The notes: generated by a model not told the origin, from the letters alone. A stretch of 64,000 nucleotides of DNA from Selaginella moellendorffii (GCF_000143415.4 NW_003314265.1:1109864-1173863); one strand, 5' to 3'; counted from the first letter of the stretch, positions 36,640 through 53,181 are shown. Translations and numbers: made by a program.

Positions 36640-38826
36640 TACATATTCTCTATACATACCAGAAGGTGGCACTTCAAAGGAAAAGTCCAGACACAGCAGC
36701 CAGACAGGCAGACAGCAGGGCCAGCCAGCCAGCACCAAAGGAGCCAGTCAAAATGGATGAACTCTAAGCAGCATGGTAGCAAGCAGCAGCAGAAGCAGCA
36801 GAAGCCCAAAAAGCAGAAAAGAAGGAAAAGGATGGATAAAATACACTTGAAGAAGAAGAGTCCACACTCAAAACACACACAAGCAGACACCAGAGTTTGG
36901 TTGGAGGTGACTCTAGCCTAGGTAAAAGATGGTGAAAAAAAGAAGGGTTTGGCAGTGAGAGGGGAAAAAATCAGATTTGGAGCAGCAAGAGCAGCAGCAG
37001 CAGCAGATGCAGGAGCAGGAGCAGTTGCAGCTGTGTTGCAGGTGCAGGGGCAGCTGCAGCAGCAGGGGAACAACAGATGATTGATGGAGCAAACCTCTTA
37101 CATGACATGCACTGGGTAAGATAGCATATTCATACGCACCAGCTCGGAGTATATGCGCGCGTAGCGGTACGTATGCGGCAAAAGTGTGGTCCGTCACGTA
37201 CTTAACAGCTGATCAGAGAGGAAAAAAGTCCATCTTGTCTGTTTAGCTAGTCTGATCTCTCTCTAGCTTAAGCTTAACTAATCTTTGTTGGCAGCACTGC
37301 CGCTGCTGCTCCAGTTCGTCACAGTTTGCCGCCGGTCGCTGGCACTGATGCTGAGAGCACCACTGCTGCGTTCTAGCTCTGCCCTATTCTGTTCTAAAGC
37401 TCAATCGTAGCACTACCACTGTGGCATCTCAGTACGCCCACAGTGAGGAGGTGTGTTGTGTCTGTTCGTTTTTGGATAAACTAAAACAATCCAGGGAGAG
37501 ACAAGCGGGGACAAGCGAAGAGAGGATTATGATGCTGCTGCTTGCTGGGCGATCTGATCTGGGACGAGAGAGATCTTATCTTACACAGGCCAATTTACGC
37601 AGAAGCTAGTGTTTTTTCGTATGAAAATCGAATATCAATGCTAAAATGGCTGGCGTCCTTCTTTTCTGGGGGGAGCTTTGTGCTGAAAGAGACTGTGAGA
37701 AGGCCTTGTGCTTGGCTATACTTACCAGGACTCTAAAAGTGGTTGGACTAGGTAGAAAAAAAGGAATTTCTTTTTTTTCTTCTGTATTTTTTAATGTACC
37801 ACATAAAGGAGGAGAAAAATGCAGTGAACCTGCTTTTGCTATGGTTATGGTGGATCCATTTCCAGACGAAGACGACGAAGCGAGCATTGAATGGAAGCGA
37901 GTGTGGTGAAGGAAGAAGTAGCTAGCTAGGACCAAAATTGATAGATCGCTGTGGGGAAGGAGAGGGTCTCGCGAGCGAAGAAGTTAAGACCTTTTCCGCG
38001 AGCTCGTTTCGTTCTCTCGGAGGTTGGAAGAGGTCTCTCGGTGGCGCTGGGAGGAAGAAGAGACGCAGCAGTAGCAGCAGCAGCAGCAGCGGCGGCGGCA
38101 GTGGACGGAGTCGAAGATTTGTAGCAGCGGTCGAGTGTTGTCAGCCCGATGATCGGGATCCTGTGCTCGTTGTTTCTTTGCTCGCGACGTTTTACTCCAC
38201 CGGTGGGTGTCGATTCACTTCATTCTTTGGCTTTCCCCTCTCTCTCTCTCCCTCTTTTTCTTCGCTTTTTGTGATCTCGGGAGGAAACAAAAAGGAGAGA
38301 GCGAGCTAAAGGACGGATTAGAGGGGATAGATCCAAGGAAAAGCTCTTCTCTTCCCCGTAAGTTAGCTTGTTCCTTTCTTTCTCGTTTTTGGCTGGTAAG
38401 ATTTCGCTGTTGGGTGAGGACCGATTGCTCTGGGCAGCAGCCAGACAGGGGAATTACGAGCTCGCGGACAATGGGTTGCAGCTGGATTGATTGCTACGAT
38501 GCTGCTGCTCCGACCCACAAGCCGGATTTAATGCTGGGCGAGTGAAAAGAGAAGAGGAAAGAACAAAGAGGAAAGGAAAGATCTAGGCATAGCCTAGTCC
38601 ACTGTGGAGCGTGTTTGCTCCACAGGATTGATCCAGGGCTGGGATGGAGGAGCGAGTCCATCACATCCACCGCTCGTAATGTGCCAGGGAACAAAAGAGG
38701 GGAGGAGGAGGAAGAAAATGCCGCTAGGCTCTCGTCCTCTTGTTCTTGGGGGATGATCGTAAGCTCTAGAGACAGCGCTCTGGGAAGCTAGCTCGATCAC
38801 TCTCGGAGGATATAGCATCGATCGAT

Positions 38827-41074
38827 ATGGCTTACGCGGGCAGTAAGCGTAGCAAGGATGACTACTCCCCGGCCGACGAGCAGCAGCAGCTCCTCGACAA
38901 GCCGTCCAAAATGGCCAGGGCTTCGTGGGATCACGCGATGGACAGCGGCGTTCTTAGCAACGGGGCAGTCGTCACCACGTCCAGCGGCGCCACCACTGCC
39001 TCCGCCACTCCCTCCGCCGCCTACGCCGCCAACCTGGAGCACTGGATGAGGATTCAGGGCGGCGCGTCGAGCGGCAATCTGGTAGTCGCGAACTCCAGCG
39101 GTCCGACCAACACTGGCTTTGGCTCTGCTGGTGGTGGAGCTAGCGGCGGGGGCGGGGCTGGCGGCGCTGGCGGCGCTGGTAATCAACTCAACTTCCAGCA
39201 GAGAGTGATGGCTGCCGCGGCATTACAGGAGATTCGCAGCATTCACAGCGTTGGCAATGGTGGCGGTGGTGGCGGAGTAGTGTCCAATTCGGCAGCGCTG
39301 GGCGGAGGTAGCGGCGGTGCCGGTGCCGGTGGCGGTTTCAAGTATCCCGCTTCTCATGTTCTTGACGCTTCGTCCTCCACGACGAACAACAACAACAACA
39401 ACAATAGCGGCACCACTAGCAACTTGGATCAACACCATCACCAGCACCACCTTGGACACCATCACCACCACCACCACCTCCCGCTACCGCCGCTTCCTCA
39501 GTCTCCAATGCGTCCCACCATGCGGGAGCTCGACATGTATAGCCCGATGCTCCAAAATCTCCCGGTGGTTCCTCTCGTCCATCAGCAACAGCAGCCATCG
39601 TCCTCCAAAGTTATGCAGATCAACAGTAACGCTAACAGTGGTGGCGGCGATTTGATCAACTCTCACATCCTCCAGCAGCAGCAGCAGCAGCCTCCAGCCA
39701 TGAATCACTCCGGTATTTTGCAGCAAGCGCCTGTTCTTCCGCAAGCTCCTCCGGTGATCCACCACCAACAAAACCAGATGATCCACCAGCAGCAGCAGCA
39801 GTCAGTTCTTCCCCCGGCTCCGGGATTGCTGGGACGAGATCCGTGCTCGTGGTTCTCGACGATCAACAAGGACGCCACCAACAACATGGTTCCGCCGCTG
39901 CCACCTTTGATACCCTCGGACGTGATGTCGTCCTTCTCCGCCATCCCGCCGCTACCGCCCAGCTTGAGCTCGTTTGGTAACACGGATTTCCTCGACCACC
40001 ATCAGCTCCAAGTCCTTCCGAGCATCCCACTCCAGCAGCAGCAAAGCTCGTCGTCGTATCGAGGGGACTTGATCACTCCATCGCCGGAGATGATCTTCAA
40101 CGCCAACGGCAGCTGTAACAACGCAGCCAGCGGCTTGACAAGCAACGGCAATGGATTCTCGCCCATGGTTTCGTCCTCCCAGATTGGTGGCAACTTGCAA
40201 CAGCAGCAGCAGCTGCAAAGAAACTCTGGAAACGGGAACAAGATGATGCAATCAAACACGGGAAACGCGGCGTCGTCGAGGCAGATCCACAACCATCTCG
40301 CAAACGGCGGGAGCTCCTACTGCTCCTCGGAGATGGCCGCGAGCTCCGTGACGAGCGTCCACAACCACGCGGCGGCGGCGTCCTCGTCCAACACCACCAT
40401 GCAAAACGGAAGCCCCGAGGACAACACCACCACTCTGGCCCAGAGGAGCAATCACCACCATCACCAACATAACATCAACGCTTCTAACAAGCAGCCACCA
40501 ACGAGAACGTATACGAAGGTAAGTGTGATCGAGAATTCACTGTTCTTGAGTGATCGATGGATTGGGTCGCGATGATCTTTCAGGTATACAAGCTCGGATC
40601 TATTGGGAGAGCTGTGGATGTGACGAGATTCAGCAACTACACGGAGCTGCGGTGGGAGCTGGCTCGGATGTTTAACTTGGACGGTCAGCTGGATCAGAAG
40701 TCAGGGTGGCAGCTCGTGTTCATCGATCACGAAGGGGACATCTTGCTGGTCGGAGACGATCCATGGGAGTAAGTTTCCAAGAACTTGTTTGGTTTCTTTC
40801 CTTGCTTCCCGAGTTCTTGATCAGTTGGCTCTTTTCTTCGTGGATTTGACTCGTTTGATTCTGTGGTTCTAGGGAATTCGTGAGCTCTGTTCGAGGCATC
40901 CGGATCCTGTCGCCGTCGGAGGTGGCGTTCTACACCAACAATGAGACGGACAGGCCTGCGGGAGCCAATAACAACAACAACAATAGCAATGGCAACAACA
41001 ACAATAACAACAATAGCAACACCACCAACAACAACAACAGTAACACGAATCTAGCCTCCGCAGGAGGGATTTGA
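38827..41074 (+). CDS. Non-canonical auxin response factor (ncARF): Q/N/G/P/H-rich region plus class-A-type PB1 domain, no B3 domain
   Basis: Exons ~38827-40518, 40584-40768 and 40873-41074. PB1 sequence [61 protein letters not shown]. No B3/DBD motifs seen upstream and no GWPP degron. Confidence 0.8.
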
Positions 41075-42837
41075 TCACCAGGCCAAAAAAAAAAACGGAA
41101 AAAATCGAAGAAGAAACGAAGAAAATCGAGCGCTAGCTATCACAGGTTTTTTCACTCTGTGCCTTGTGTTTTTTTAGTGTATCCTCAAAGAGATTTCGCG
41201 CCTAAATTCAAAATTCGCGTGAAAACCCTAAGGGCTTGGAGATGCGTTCTTATCGCCGTAGGAGACAGCAAGGTACGCACACTTTTCTTCCGGTCTCGAG
41301 ATGGACAAGGAAGAAATCCTTTTGTAATGCCGCGCTGGCATTTGGAAGCTCTGATCCGATCGATGATTTCTCGAAGGGTATTTTAATATCTCTTTGCGTT
41401 GCAGACCAGCTGATCACTTGTGGCGCTACCATTCGATTGACCAGGTCATGGGTGTGGTGATTGTGCAGGTTTGCATTGTGATGCTGGCGGCCTCGGTGCT
41501 TGGCTTCATATCCTACTGTAAGAAGCGCCCCTCGTCCAGCACCATGGAAGATTACTTTTTGATTGCTCCGGAGCTCCAGAAGCCTGGGGTGTGTGATAGA
41601 GTTTGATTCTAGGCTCTAGCTTTGGGTGTTCACTCGTTCATTGTGGGTGGAATTCTTGGTGTGCAGATAGAAAAGGCATCTAAAAGATTTGGTGCCGGGT
41701 TTATCATGAATAGTAGCCGGATTCGAAGCTTTTCGGCTGGATTGAAGGTATGCGCAGAAGCTGTTTCTTGTGTCTCCTTTTTATGACGATGGCTTTTATT
41801 TTTTGTAGTATGATTCTAAAAAGCCGGAAAGGTAAGCATGCTTTCCAGTTAGTTTTTGTTTTCCCGGAACTGGATTTACTCTGCGTTGCTTCCGCAGATA
41901 TTTCTTGCTTCGTCAACGATTCATGGATGTGTTTTTCCTGGACTCCAACGGATTGGTTGTATGTTTGTTGCTCTCTTTTGGCATTGACTTTTCTTTTTCT
42001 TCGCTAATGAAGGCCGGGGAGACTTTCGATCAGCTCAATTGGCTAGAACACGTCCTTGCAAGTAGCTCGGCTAGCTGGTAAGGCTCACTTTCAGTTCTCC
42101 AGGCAGGCCTTCACTTTTTTATTTTTGATTTTTCTTTTTCTTGCAGGCGTGTGATTGTTGGTCATCACGATTTGGAGGAAAACAGCAATGCCTCGTTGAA
42201 AAACATGCTTCTTCCGCTTTTTCTGCGGCATGATGTGGTAAGCAGTGTAGTCGACGAATAATTCAGAAAAAGGTATCATTTTGGAAGAGCAGAATGTTTA
42301 TGTCCATGACGGCGAGGACTTCTCTTGCCGAAACACCATGGATCGTAGTATGATGTTTATCGGCATTGGTTCCCAGAATTCGACTCAGGAATCCAGGTAT
42401 TTCAATTTCCACTGGCTACTCATGCCGATCAAAATCTGTGATTGTAGAAAGAATCAAGCAGACTTCATACTCACTCGCGTGACAGCTCTGGAAATGGTAT
42501 GGTCTTTTTTTTTTTCTTTTTTTATCTTCGTAAATTCAAAGCTTACGAGAGCGTTTATATTGCTAAAGGAATTTATCTTGATGAACTCAAATGCTCAAAC
42601 GGTCTCTAGAGCCTTCGCTGCTCAAAGAGGGAGAGCTACATTCTAGAATGCCAAAGACAAAACTATTCTTTTTCGCGGTTCGATGAAGGCATATTCGCTT
42701 GCGTCGCCGCAAGGCCACAACCTAATCGAGCGGTGTGCAGAGTAATCGCGTGGCACCATCACAAGCCATAAGACTAACCAGACGTAAATCCCGGTGTTAT
42801 AAATGGCGTCTACTGTCAAGTTCGAGGTTTTCTGGCG

Positions 42838-45231
<2,394 letters not shown>

Positions 45232-45299
45232 AAGTTCAAAGGAAAAATTACAAATTAAGTTACCTCTATAAAGATCCAAACGTTAGGTTCCTGGATTTT

Positions 45300-48200
45300 G
45301 CATGGATCTATCATGGAGCCGTGCTGTGTTGCGGACCGATATCTTGCTGGTAAGCTAGAAGAAGCTCTAGCCGATCTAGCGCAGTACCAAATGGTACTCT
45401 TCGCAATAAGCAGCACTAGCGATGCCTGGAGCTTGCTAGTTTATCGCCAAGGGAGATTTTTCCACTTCGACAGCTCGTTAAGAAGCACCACCCGGTCAAT
45501 CTCAATCGGCCGAACCCCTCATGGAGACTCGAGTTTATCGAGTCCCTCGCAAATCAGCAACGAGCGTACGTTCTAGCGCTTGCAGCTCCGGCAAGCGATC
45601 TGGCCCAGGTTGTGAGGAGCATGGCTGTGGAAGCTATTGCCCAGACGAGGCGAGGGATCGTGGATCTAGTACTATGGGCACTTTGAAAGTTTCTTCGAGG
45701 GTGGCAAATTGGGACAGGAGAAGCTTATCCTTGTAAGACATTATGAGATCACTTGTCATCCAAGCTGTGCACCATGCTCATGAACTTTGCGGTACTCCCT
45801 CTTTTCTCCTCTTCTCAGCTGCTCATCTCTCTAATTCGTGGCAGCGTATACAACGAACGCCTCAAGTGAAGGTCTTCCTTTCTTTGATTGAGGCGTTTGT
45901 GCTCTTGGACCGGGAAAAGTACGAGGACGCGAGGATCTGCTGTGACAACCTCTGGGAAGGGGATGCGTCGTCCGCCTTCTGCAGAAACGAATGCGTCGTC
46001 CGGGAGTCCGGGACAATTGACCTTCTTCAGCTGGATCCTCTGAGCCTTCGGTTGTACAACGGTAGCAGTCCGTGGAACTCAAATGACATGCCTGTCCAGA
46101 GAACATTATATCATCGGTTTGAGGCAGCTCTTCTATGTTCATCAAGGACTCGTCATAGTGAAATATATAATCACATATATCCCCTCTAAATACATAAGTA
46201 CTGTTAAGGATGCGGCAAGAGTTTCTGCTAAGGAAGCGCGATCAGTTCAAGCGGCAATCTAAAAGTTGAGGGACGAGTTTGCAAAATTTACAATGCCATG
46301 CTTGCTTTCTAGTGGAGACAAGGAAAGCAGCATTGATGAATATAGTTTGAGATGTCAAGACGTCTTAGATGCAAAGCTTGACGAACTTAAGCATGATATG
46401 AACAACGTTGTGGCGGACTTAGAAGCAAAGATGGAGAAAACGTTTGATAACAAACTAGACATGAAACTACAAAGGGACCTGAAGAAGAGTTTGCGTTTCG
46501 CTTTTGCTAAGGGTATGCTCTCCAAATTAAAGGAAACTTTACGCATTTAGAGGCAAAAGTTAATCAAATTCTTACAGTCCAACTGCACGCCTCTTTGGCA
46601 TCAACCATACGCCGGGCCAGCAATGCCAGCGACGCCGGCTACTCGAGTTTTTCGTGTCCCTTAGAAATCAGGATTCGGGCGTCTACGTTATGGCGCTCGC
46701 GGAGGCTCTTGCTAAAGCTCCGGCAAGCGATCCGGTCGAGGTTAAGCATGGATGTGGGAGCTGTTGCTCAGACGAGGCACTCCTTGGCCGCGCGGAAAGA
46801 TGCAAGAACGATGGAAGCTCTGAAAGCCGTCATGGATCTCCTCGAGGAGAGCAAACTGGGACAGGAGCAGCTTATGCTTGTGGACAGACAAGTCATGGGA
46901 GTACGAGATCATTTGTCCAAGCTGCTCACCAAGTTCCGCGAGAGTTACGAGGTATTCGACTCTTCTCTGTTCTTTTGTTCGCTTGTGATTGCTTGTTTCT
47001 CTTCCTTGCTGTGCTGGAGGCGTTTGTACTCTTGGACCGGGAAAAGTACGAGGACACGAGGATCTGCTGTGACAACCTCATTTGTTCCTGGAAAAGAGAT
47101 GCCTCCGGGACAATCGTGGATCCCTTGAGCCTTCGACTTTATGACTGCGCTTTTGAAGCTGTGCTGAAGTGCCGTGTAACAGCCCTTGGAAATCAAATCA
47201 CAGTTGCGGAGCTGCTCCAGAAGTCCGAAGGACGATGCGTCATCGTTTTGAAGGCGAAGGATGACGCAGGAAATCTCCATGGAACGATCCTTTACGTTGA
47301 CGACATGGACTCTTCCTATGTGGTGAAACATATGATCGAAAACCCTGCGTGCATGCAAAATGCCCGTCGATGTTACATGAGTCCATATAATCTCTTGTTG
47401 CTCTTTTTTCCAGTGTATAACAAACCGAGCGCTCTTAAGGATGATGCAAGAGAGCACTTTTTCTAATGTGGGGGACAATGTAGCATTTAACTTGGCTCCG
47501 TTGTGCTGTTTGGCATGCTTCAGAGCGGGCCTTTAACCGAGAATATTCTAGGCTAGCCAATTCATTTCATCGAAGGATTAGCGTCCAATCCAAGGAGAAG
47601 CTCAGTTTCCAAAAGTTTGGGCATCGAAAGTGCACGGGAAAAAGGCGGCAGTGGTCGAGGCAGGGAGCAAGGCAGCATGAGGAACTTCAGCGGCTTGGGA
47701 GTTGACTAAAGAATATTTTGTTAGGATAATTGATGCTGTTGAATTTTTAATTGCCGTTCAAGGAGTGTTCTTTCATCATTATAAATGTATATATATTATA
47801 GTATTTTTAATAATTAGTAACACTATAAAGCAGAAAGTACAATGGAAGTTCGAGAGTGGTTCTCTATAATGTGCTTACGATAGCTCCACTCCAGATGCCC
47901 AGGCTGTAGAGGTGCTGGTGAAGAAATGCATGAAGCCACGGGTGATAGAAAGGTCGACACCTCAGGAAGTGGATATTGCCGCGAGATGCGTGCTTAATCC
48001 ATTGGTCTCATTTCCTTCACCTCTGTTGTGTTTCTGTTGTTTCAGCTCCTTGGGTAAATGAAGCCCCCAGCTGGTATTTGGCGCATGACACACAGTCGAC
48101 TGCCTTGTGCTGTGATGCAGCTCCATATGATTCTTCAACGAAGCTCCTCTACAACTTTGTTCAACTCGAAACAGCAGTTTTGGCGGTGAAAGCAAAGGAT

Positions 48201-48300
48201 CCTTTCGGAAGATGTCAAATGACGAGAAGGAGAAGCTTTTACTTGCTAGCGAAACGAGCCACACAGGTCTCGAAGTGACGAGGCACTGAAGAGGTTGGTA
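45300..48300 (+). other. Tandem lineage-specific ORFs or pseudogenes with degenerate SENP8/Ulp1-like protease fragments
   Basis: AWSLLVYRQGRFFHFDSS, NQDSGVYVMALAEAL and AYDSSTP..TPQEVD; duplicated block EAFVLLDREKYED(A/T)RICCDNL..DPLSLRLY at ~45890 and ~47020. Confidence 0.45.
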
Positions 48301-50004
48301 TGTCTTTGCACGCTCTTTGTTTGGGATGCTCTAAGATGTTTGTCTCTCGTTTTTCAATAGCCTAGTACCCGGATAAAGCAGCCAAACGTCAGGCGCCAGA
48401 ATCAGGAGTTTGCGCTTCTGGCACAGAGCGTACGAAACATTGTGGGTGAGCGCACGGTCGAGTCGTTTGTGTGCTCAAGCAGCTGAATATCTGGATACTA
48501 TTCTTCGAAACTCCTTTAGAAGTTCATCCAGTTTGAACGGCAAGGTTTGGCGGCAAAGGCGAATGATAAGTTTTTCCTTCTCGTGCTTGGCATTTTCCGA
48601 AAGGGCTTCGACAAGATTACTAGAAGTAATAAATAAAACATCAATTTCTTGATAAGTTTTCTTTTGAGTACATATACTTTTCCTTACAGCGGGGTGAGCT
48701 AAGCTATATTTACTGCGGGAGTACAAAGTGGTGCTTGCCAAAATTTTGGGACAGAAGGACCCCCTAAATAAAAACGCACATAAAAAATGCCAGATCAGGT
48801 TTGTCACGGATCACCATCTCGGCCATCAATAATAGTAAACACACGCAAGTAACTCCTCCGCAGCGCAGCGAGAGACGCGCTTCGCATTTAGATCTGAACA
48901 CGGGCATCCATCTCCACCATGCGCGATAGCTCGATCAGTCGATTTCGCCAATGAATTGGACTTGGCTGGGAGCAGCAGACAGAGAGCCTCTACGAACGGT
49001 TTCCAGGGACAAACGGCAGTCCTTTGCTGATTGATTTGTGGCCAAGCCCAACAACAAAAAAAAGCTGGCTACAAAGCGTAGATTGCTGGTCGATCGGAGA
49101 TCTAGAAAATGCCTTTAAAAAGTACTAAAGTTTTTTCTTTTTTTCCTTTTTCCACAAAATTGATTGAGCGTGTGCGTGCAGCCGTGTGGGGCATTGAATG
49201 TGGGCGCAGATTTGCAATCTAGCCGCTGGATCCAATGCCTTTGATTATCGGATCGAGGCGTTATATATGCTCTCGTCCGTCCGATAAAACCGAGCAAAGA
49301 TAAAAATTGAGAATGTAGAAAAGAAAGACTGTCGAGTCATCATAAATTCCTTAACAAACGTGGACCTTGGCGACCACGTCACCCGGACGGGGCCACGCAA
49401 AGTCAACGCCCAACACGTGTCCGTAGCGCGAATATTCGCTGGGGTCGTGACACGTGCGGGGATATTCTCGCCGCGGCGGCGCGGCACGGTATATTCCGGC
49501 GGCGGCGGGGGTGGAGGGGAGCGGGAATGCGGGAGAAAGACGTGTTGGAGAAGAAAAGAGGAAACGAGATGGAGGAGCTTCGCGATTTTAGGGCTCGTCA
49601 CAGGGAAATTTAGGGCGCCAGGAGGCGCAGATCAAGGCGCTTGTCTCTCTGTTCTCTTCTCTCCCTTCTCTCTCCGATCGAGCGCGAGCTCCAGCGATGT
49701 CGTGATTCGATGCGCATGTTGTGAGTAGCTTTCCCCCTTTTTTTCTTGCTGTGATGAATCATTCCATCGATCTCTGCCGGTTCTTGGCTTGTCCTGCGCT
49801 GTAGCTTGATTCCTCTTGCCGGTCTCATCGTTTAGGCGCGGGCGGCCGGTCTGCATTTTCTGCGTGTTTTTCCCCTTGTCTCATTCGTGAATTCGATGTG
49901 AACGCGTCATGGCTTCGTGGATGTGAGATTTTTGGCAGGGTTCTTCGTTCTCGGAGCTAAATTTTTCCTCTCGTGATCGCAGCTGCGCCTGAGAGGGAGG
50001 CGTG

Positions 50005-52659
50005 ATGCCTTCCTGGTGGGGCGGCAAGTCCTCCAAGGAGCCCAAGGAGGCGGCGGCCAAGAAGCAGCAGCAGCACAAGAGCAAAGATGGCATGCGCTTG
50101 CAGATTGGGAGCTGGAAGACGAGGCTCTCCTCCTGGACGGACGACGAGAGGAAGAACAGCTTCTCGCCGGGCTACCGCTCCAGCTCGGACAATTCCAGCA
50201 GCTCCAGGCCGGTGTCGCCGTGCACGCCCTCGGACTCGGCAAGGCAGCCATGGCCTCTGCCGTGCTCGCCCTTCTCTCCTCAAGGCGCGGAGGTGCGAAG
50301 GAACCAGTCCCTGCCGCTTCCTCCTCCCCAGGAGCAAAAGCCCAGAGCGGGGATTTTCGCCGAGGCAGTGGCCGCGACCTCGGCCTCTTCCAGCATCAGC
50401 TCAAGCAACAGCGATACGTGTGACACCACCCAGTAAGTTTCACTTGTTCTCTCTTTCTCCGTGAATGATCTCGTGGTTTTGGTTGTCTTCTTTCAGATCA
50501 AAGGCCTCTCCTTGGAAGGAATGTAGGTACTCGGGAAACGGATCGACGCCTTCCAATCCGGTGCCAGTGAAAGCTACGTCAAACAACGCGCACTCCCCGT
50601 GCTTGAGCCCGTGCCGCAGTCCGAGAGCGATTCTCGACGCCGGTGACGCCTTCTATCCGTATAGTAACAGCGCTGCCGCTGTTGCTCCTGGGAACAGCCC
50701 GCCGGCCTTCACTGCTACAGCCGGGTCGAGGAATCCACGCACCCAAAGTGGAAGTGGTGGAAGTGGTTTTGGTGGTGGTGGTAGTGGTGGTCAGCTTTCT
50801 CCCCGCCACACGCCGCACCCGTTGCCAGCACCACCACCACCACCTTGCGGAAGTGGATTTCCATTGTCGCCGACGCTTTCACCGTCTAACAGGGGGGCGA
50901 CGACAACCTGCTGGCAGAAAGGGAAGCTCATCGGTAATGGAACTTTTGGATATGTGTATGTTGGGTTTGACAGGTACCGCACACCACTCCGGCCCCCCTC
51001 GCTTTTTTATTCTCCTCGTTTGCTCCAGCGACAGATCTAACACGATTCTCTTGCCATGTGCAGCAACAACATCGGCCGGATGTGTGCGATGAAGGAGGTT
51101 CGCATTATTGGTGACAATGATCAGTCTAAAGAGAGTGCTAAACAGCTCGGACAGGTACTTGCTATTCTATCTGCAAAGTTCTCGTTGTTCCATTTTAAAT
51201 TTTTTTTTTCCCCGTTTATTGGTGTCGATCACTTTTAACTTGCGTTGCGTGTCCGCCATGCTTCAGGAAATTACTCTCCTCAGTCGCTTAAGGCACCAGA
51301 ACATTGTACAGTACTATGGATCAGAAGCAGTAAGCACTAGCGTGATCCTCATTGTTGTGCGGCTCATTACGTTTTGCTTGGTGTTCTTTGTAGGTGGAGG
51401 ACAACCTTTACATCTATCTCGAGTACGTGTCGGGTGGCTCCATTCATAAGCTGCTTCAAGACTATGGACCATTCAAGGAGTCGGTTATCAGGCGCTACAC
51501 GAGACAAATACTTTCGGGTTTATCCTTTTTGCACAGCGTGGAGACTGTTCACAGGTACTTTTTCGAGTGGCGTTTTCTATGTCGTGCCAGCGTTATTCTT
51601 TTATAGAGACATCAAGGGCGCAAACATCCTTGTCGATACCAATGGCGTGGTGAAGCTTGGGGACTTTGGCATGGCGAAGCACGTACGTTTTGTGTCTAGT
51701 CTGATCTTTTTCCGGCACTCACCCCGGGACTGCTTTCAGATAACTGCTCAGTCCTTCCCACTTTCTTGCAAAGGAAGCCCGTACTGGATGGCTCCAGAGG
51801 TTTGTGGATGTCACGTAAAGTGCCTGTCCATAAAAGCGGGTTTTGTCTGGATTGGCAGATTCTAAAATCAACTCATGGTTATGATCTCTCTGTGGACATT
51901 TGGAGCCTCGGTTGCACCGTGATCGAAATGGCAACTGGAAAGCCTCCGTGGAGCGAATTTGAAGGGGTGAGTGACATAACGAAGTTTCAGTCACTAAGTT
52001 TCTAAGGTTTGAATGCTCAGGTCGCTGTTATGTTCAAGATTGGCAACAGCAAAGAAACTCCTCCAATTCCTCCGCATCTGTCCGAAGAGTGCCAACACTT
52101 TCTGAGGTTGTGTTTGCAAAGGAACCCGGCGGACAGACCAACAGCGACAGAGCTCATGGAGCATCCGTTTGTGATGGACATACCGGACACCAACTCAGAC
52201 TTCCAGGTACCGCAGCCCTTTTGTTTCTATCTGAATTGTGTAGCTAAATCTCGATTTTTCCAATCTCATCAGACTCGAGATGGCTACCAGACGACAAGGT
52301 GAGCTTTGCATTCGTTTTTTTGTTGTAGCTAATGGTGCTCTTTCATTAGATACGCGTCTACTCCACCTCGGCAAGTACTCTCTCCGATGTTCTCCCCTTC
52401 CTCCCAGTTTGGATTCCAGCCGGCCTCCGAGGCCGACGCCACCGCTTTCTTCCTCCAGACTCCATCCGATTTTGGGAGGCGATTGAAAAGCATGGAGGAT
52501 CCTCAGCAGCAGCAGCATCGCCACCATCATCATCATCCCGCAGCAAAGATGCGTAACGGCGGCCACGGATTGTCAACGTCCGAGATCGAGGTTCGCAGCG
52601 TCATCTCTGACATTCATCATCACCAGAGGCTCGTCAGCTGCCTGGATCTCAAATGCTGA
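50005..52659 (+). CDS. MEKK-family MAP kinase kinase kinase, YODA/MAPKKK-alpha-like, multi-exon
   Basis: MPSWWG N-terminus, HPLP motif, [48 protein letters not shown] and [19 protein letters not shown]. Confidence 0.93.
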
Positions 52660-52871
52660 AGTTACGTTTTTTCCTTTATTCTCATCATTTATCTTCCTCC
52701 TCTTCTTCGCAACGCTCCTTTGGTGCGAGGGAACGATTCTACTACGACGAGTGCTCCTCTTTTTGTATATATGACAGCACCGGCTCACAATTTTGCCTCT
52801 TTTACTTCCTTTACCTCCGTTGTAAAGTTTTTTAAATTAACGGATATTCTTGCTCTGCTTTTTAGGGCATA

Positions 52872-53158
52872 CTTGCATTCGAACGGGTACGATTAATAAA
52901 AAACGCCGTTTAAAACGCGCGTATAATACGGCGTTTAAAACGGCGTTTAAACACCAAGAATATTTTAAAAAACCCTAAAGAATATGCTTTCTTTTACTTA
53001 GGATTAGGGTTCATGTAAAATCAGGGTTCGAAAAAAACTGTAAAATTAGGGTTCGAAAAAAACTGAAAACCATTATACCCGTTCGAAAAAAAGCTAAACG
53101 GGTATTAAACGTTCGATACCCGTTCGAATCCGGTTGCGTTCGAATGTTCGGATGCAAG
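52872..53158. mobile_element. Putative MITE (~287 bp) with TA flanks (Tc1/mariner-like)
   Basis: TA|CTTGCATTCGAAC ... GTTCGGATGCAAG|TA; internal GTTCGAA/TTAGGGTTC and GGCGTTTAAAAC subrepeats. Confidence 0.65.
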
Positions 53159-53181
53159 TATGTTGAGCAGGCACAGGGGAT

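Noticed and set aside
36454-37197. Cys- or Gln/Lys-rich ORFs
   Set aside because: Translations of GA and CAG microsatellite-like non-coding sequence.
36300-37450. Possible miRNA precursor upstream of the ARF-like gene
   Set aside because: I recognised no conserved plant miRNA sequence and could not support a long clean stem by eye.
41394-41606. Small hydrophobic ORF after the ARF-like gene
   Set aside because: No recognisable homology; may be 3' UTR sequence.
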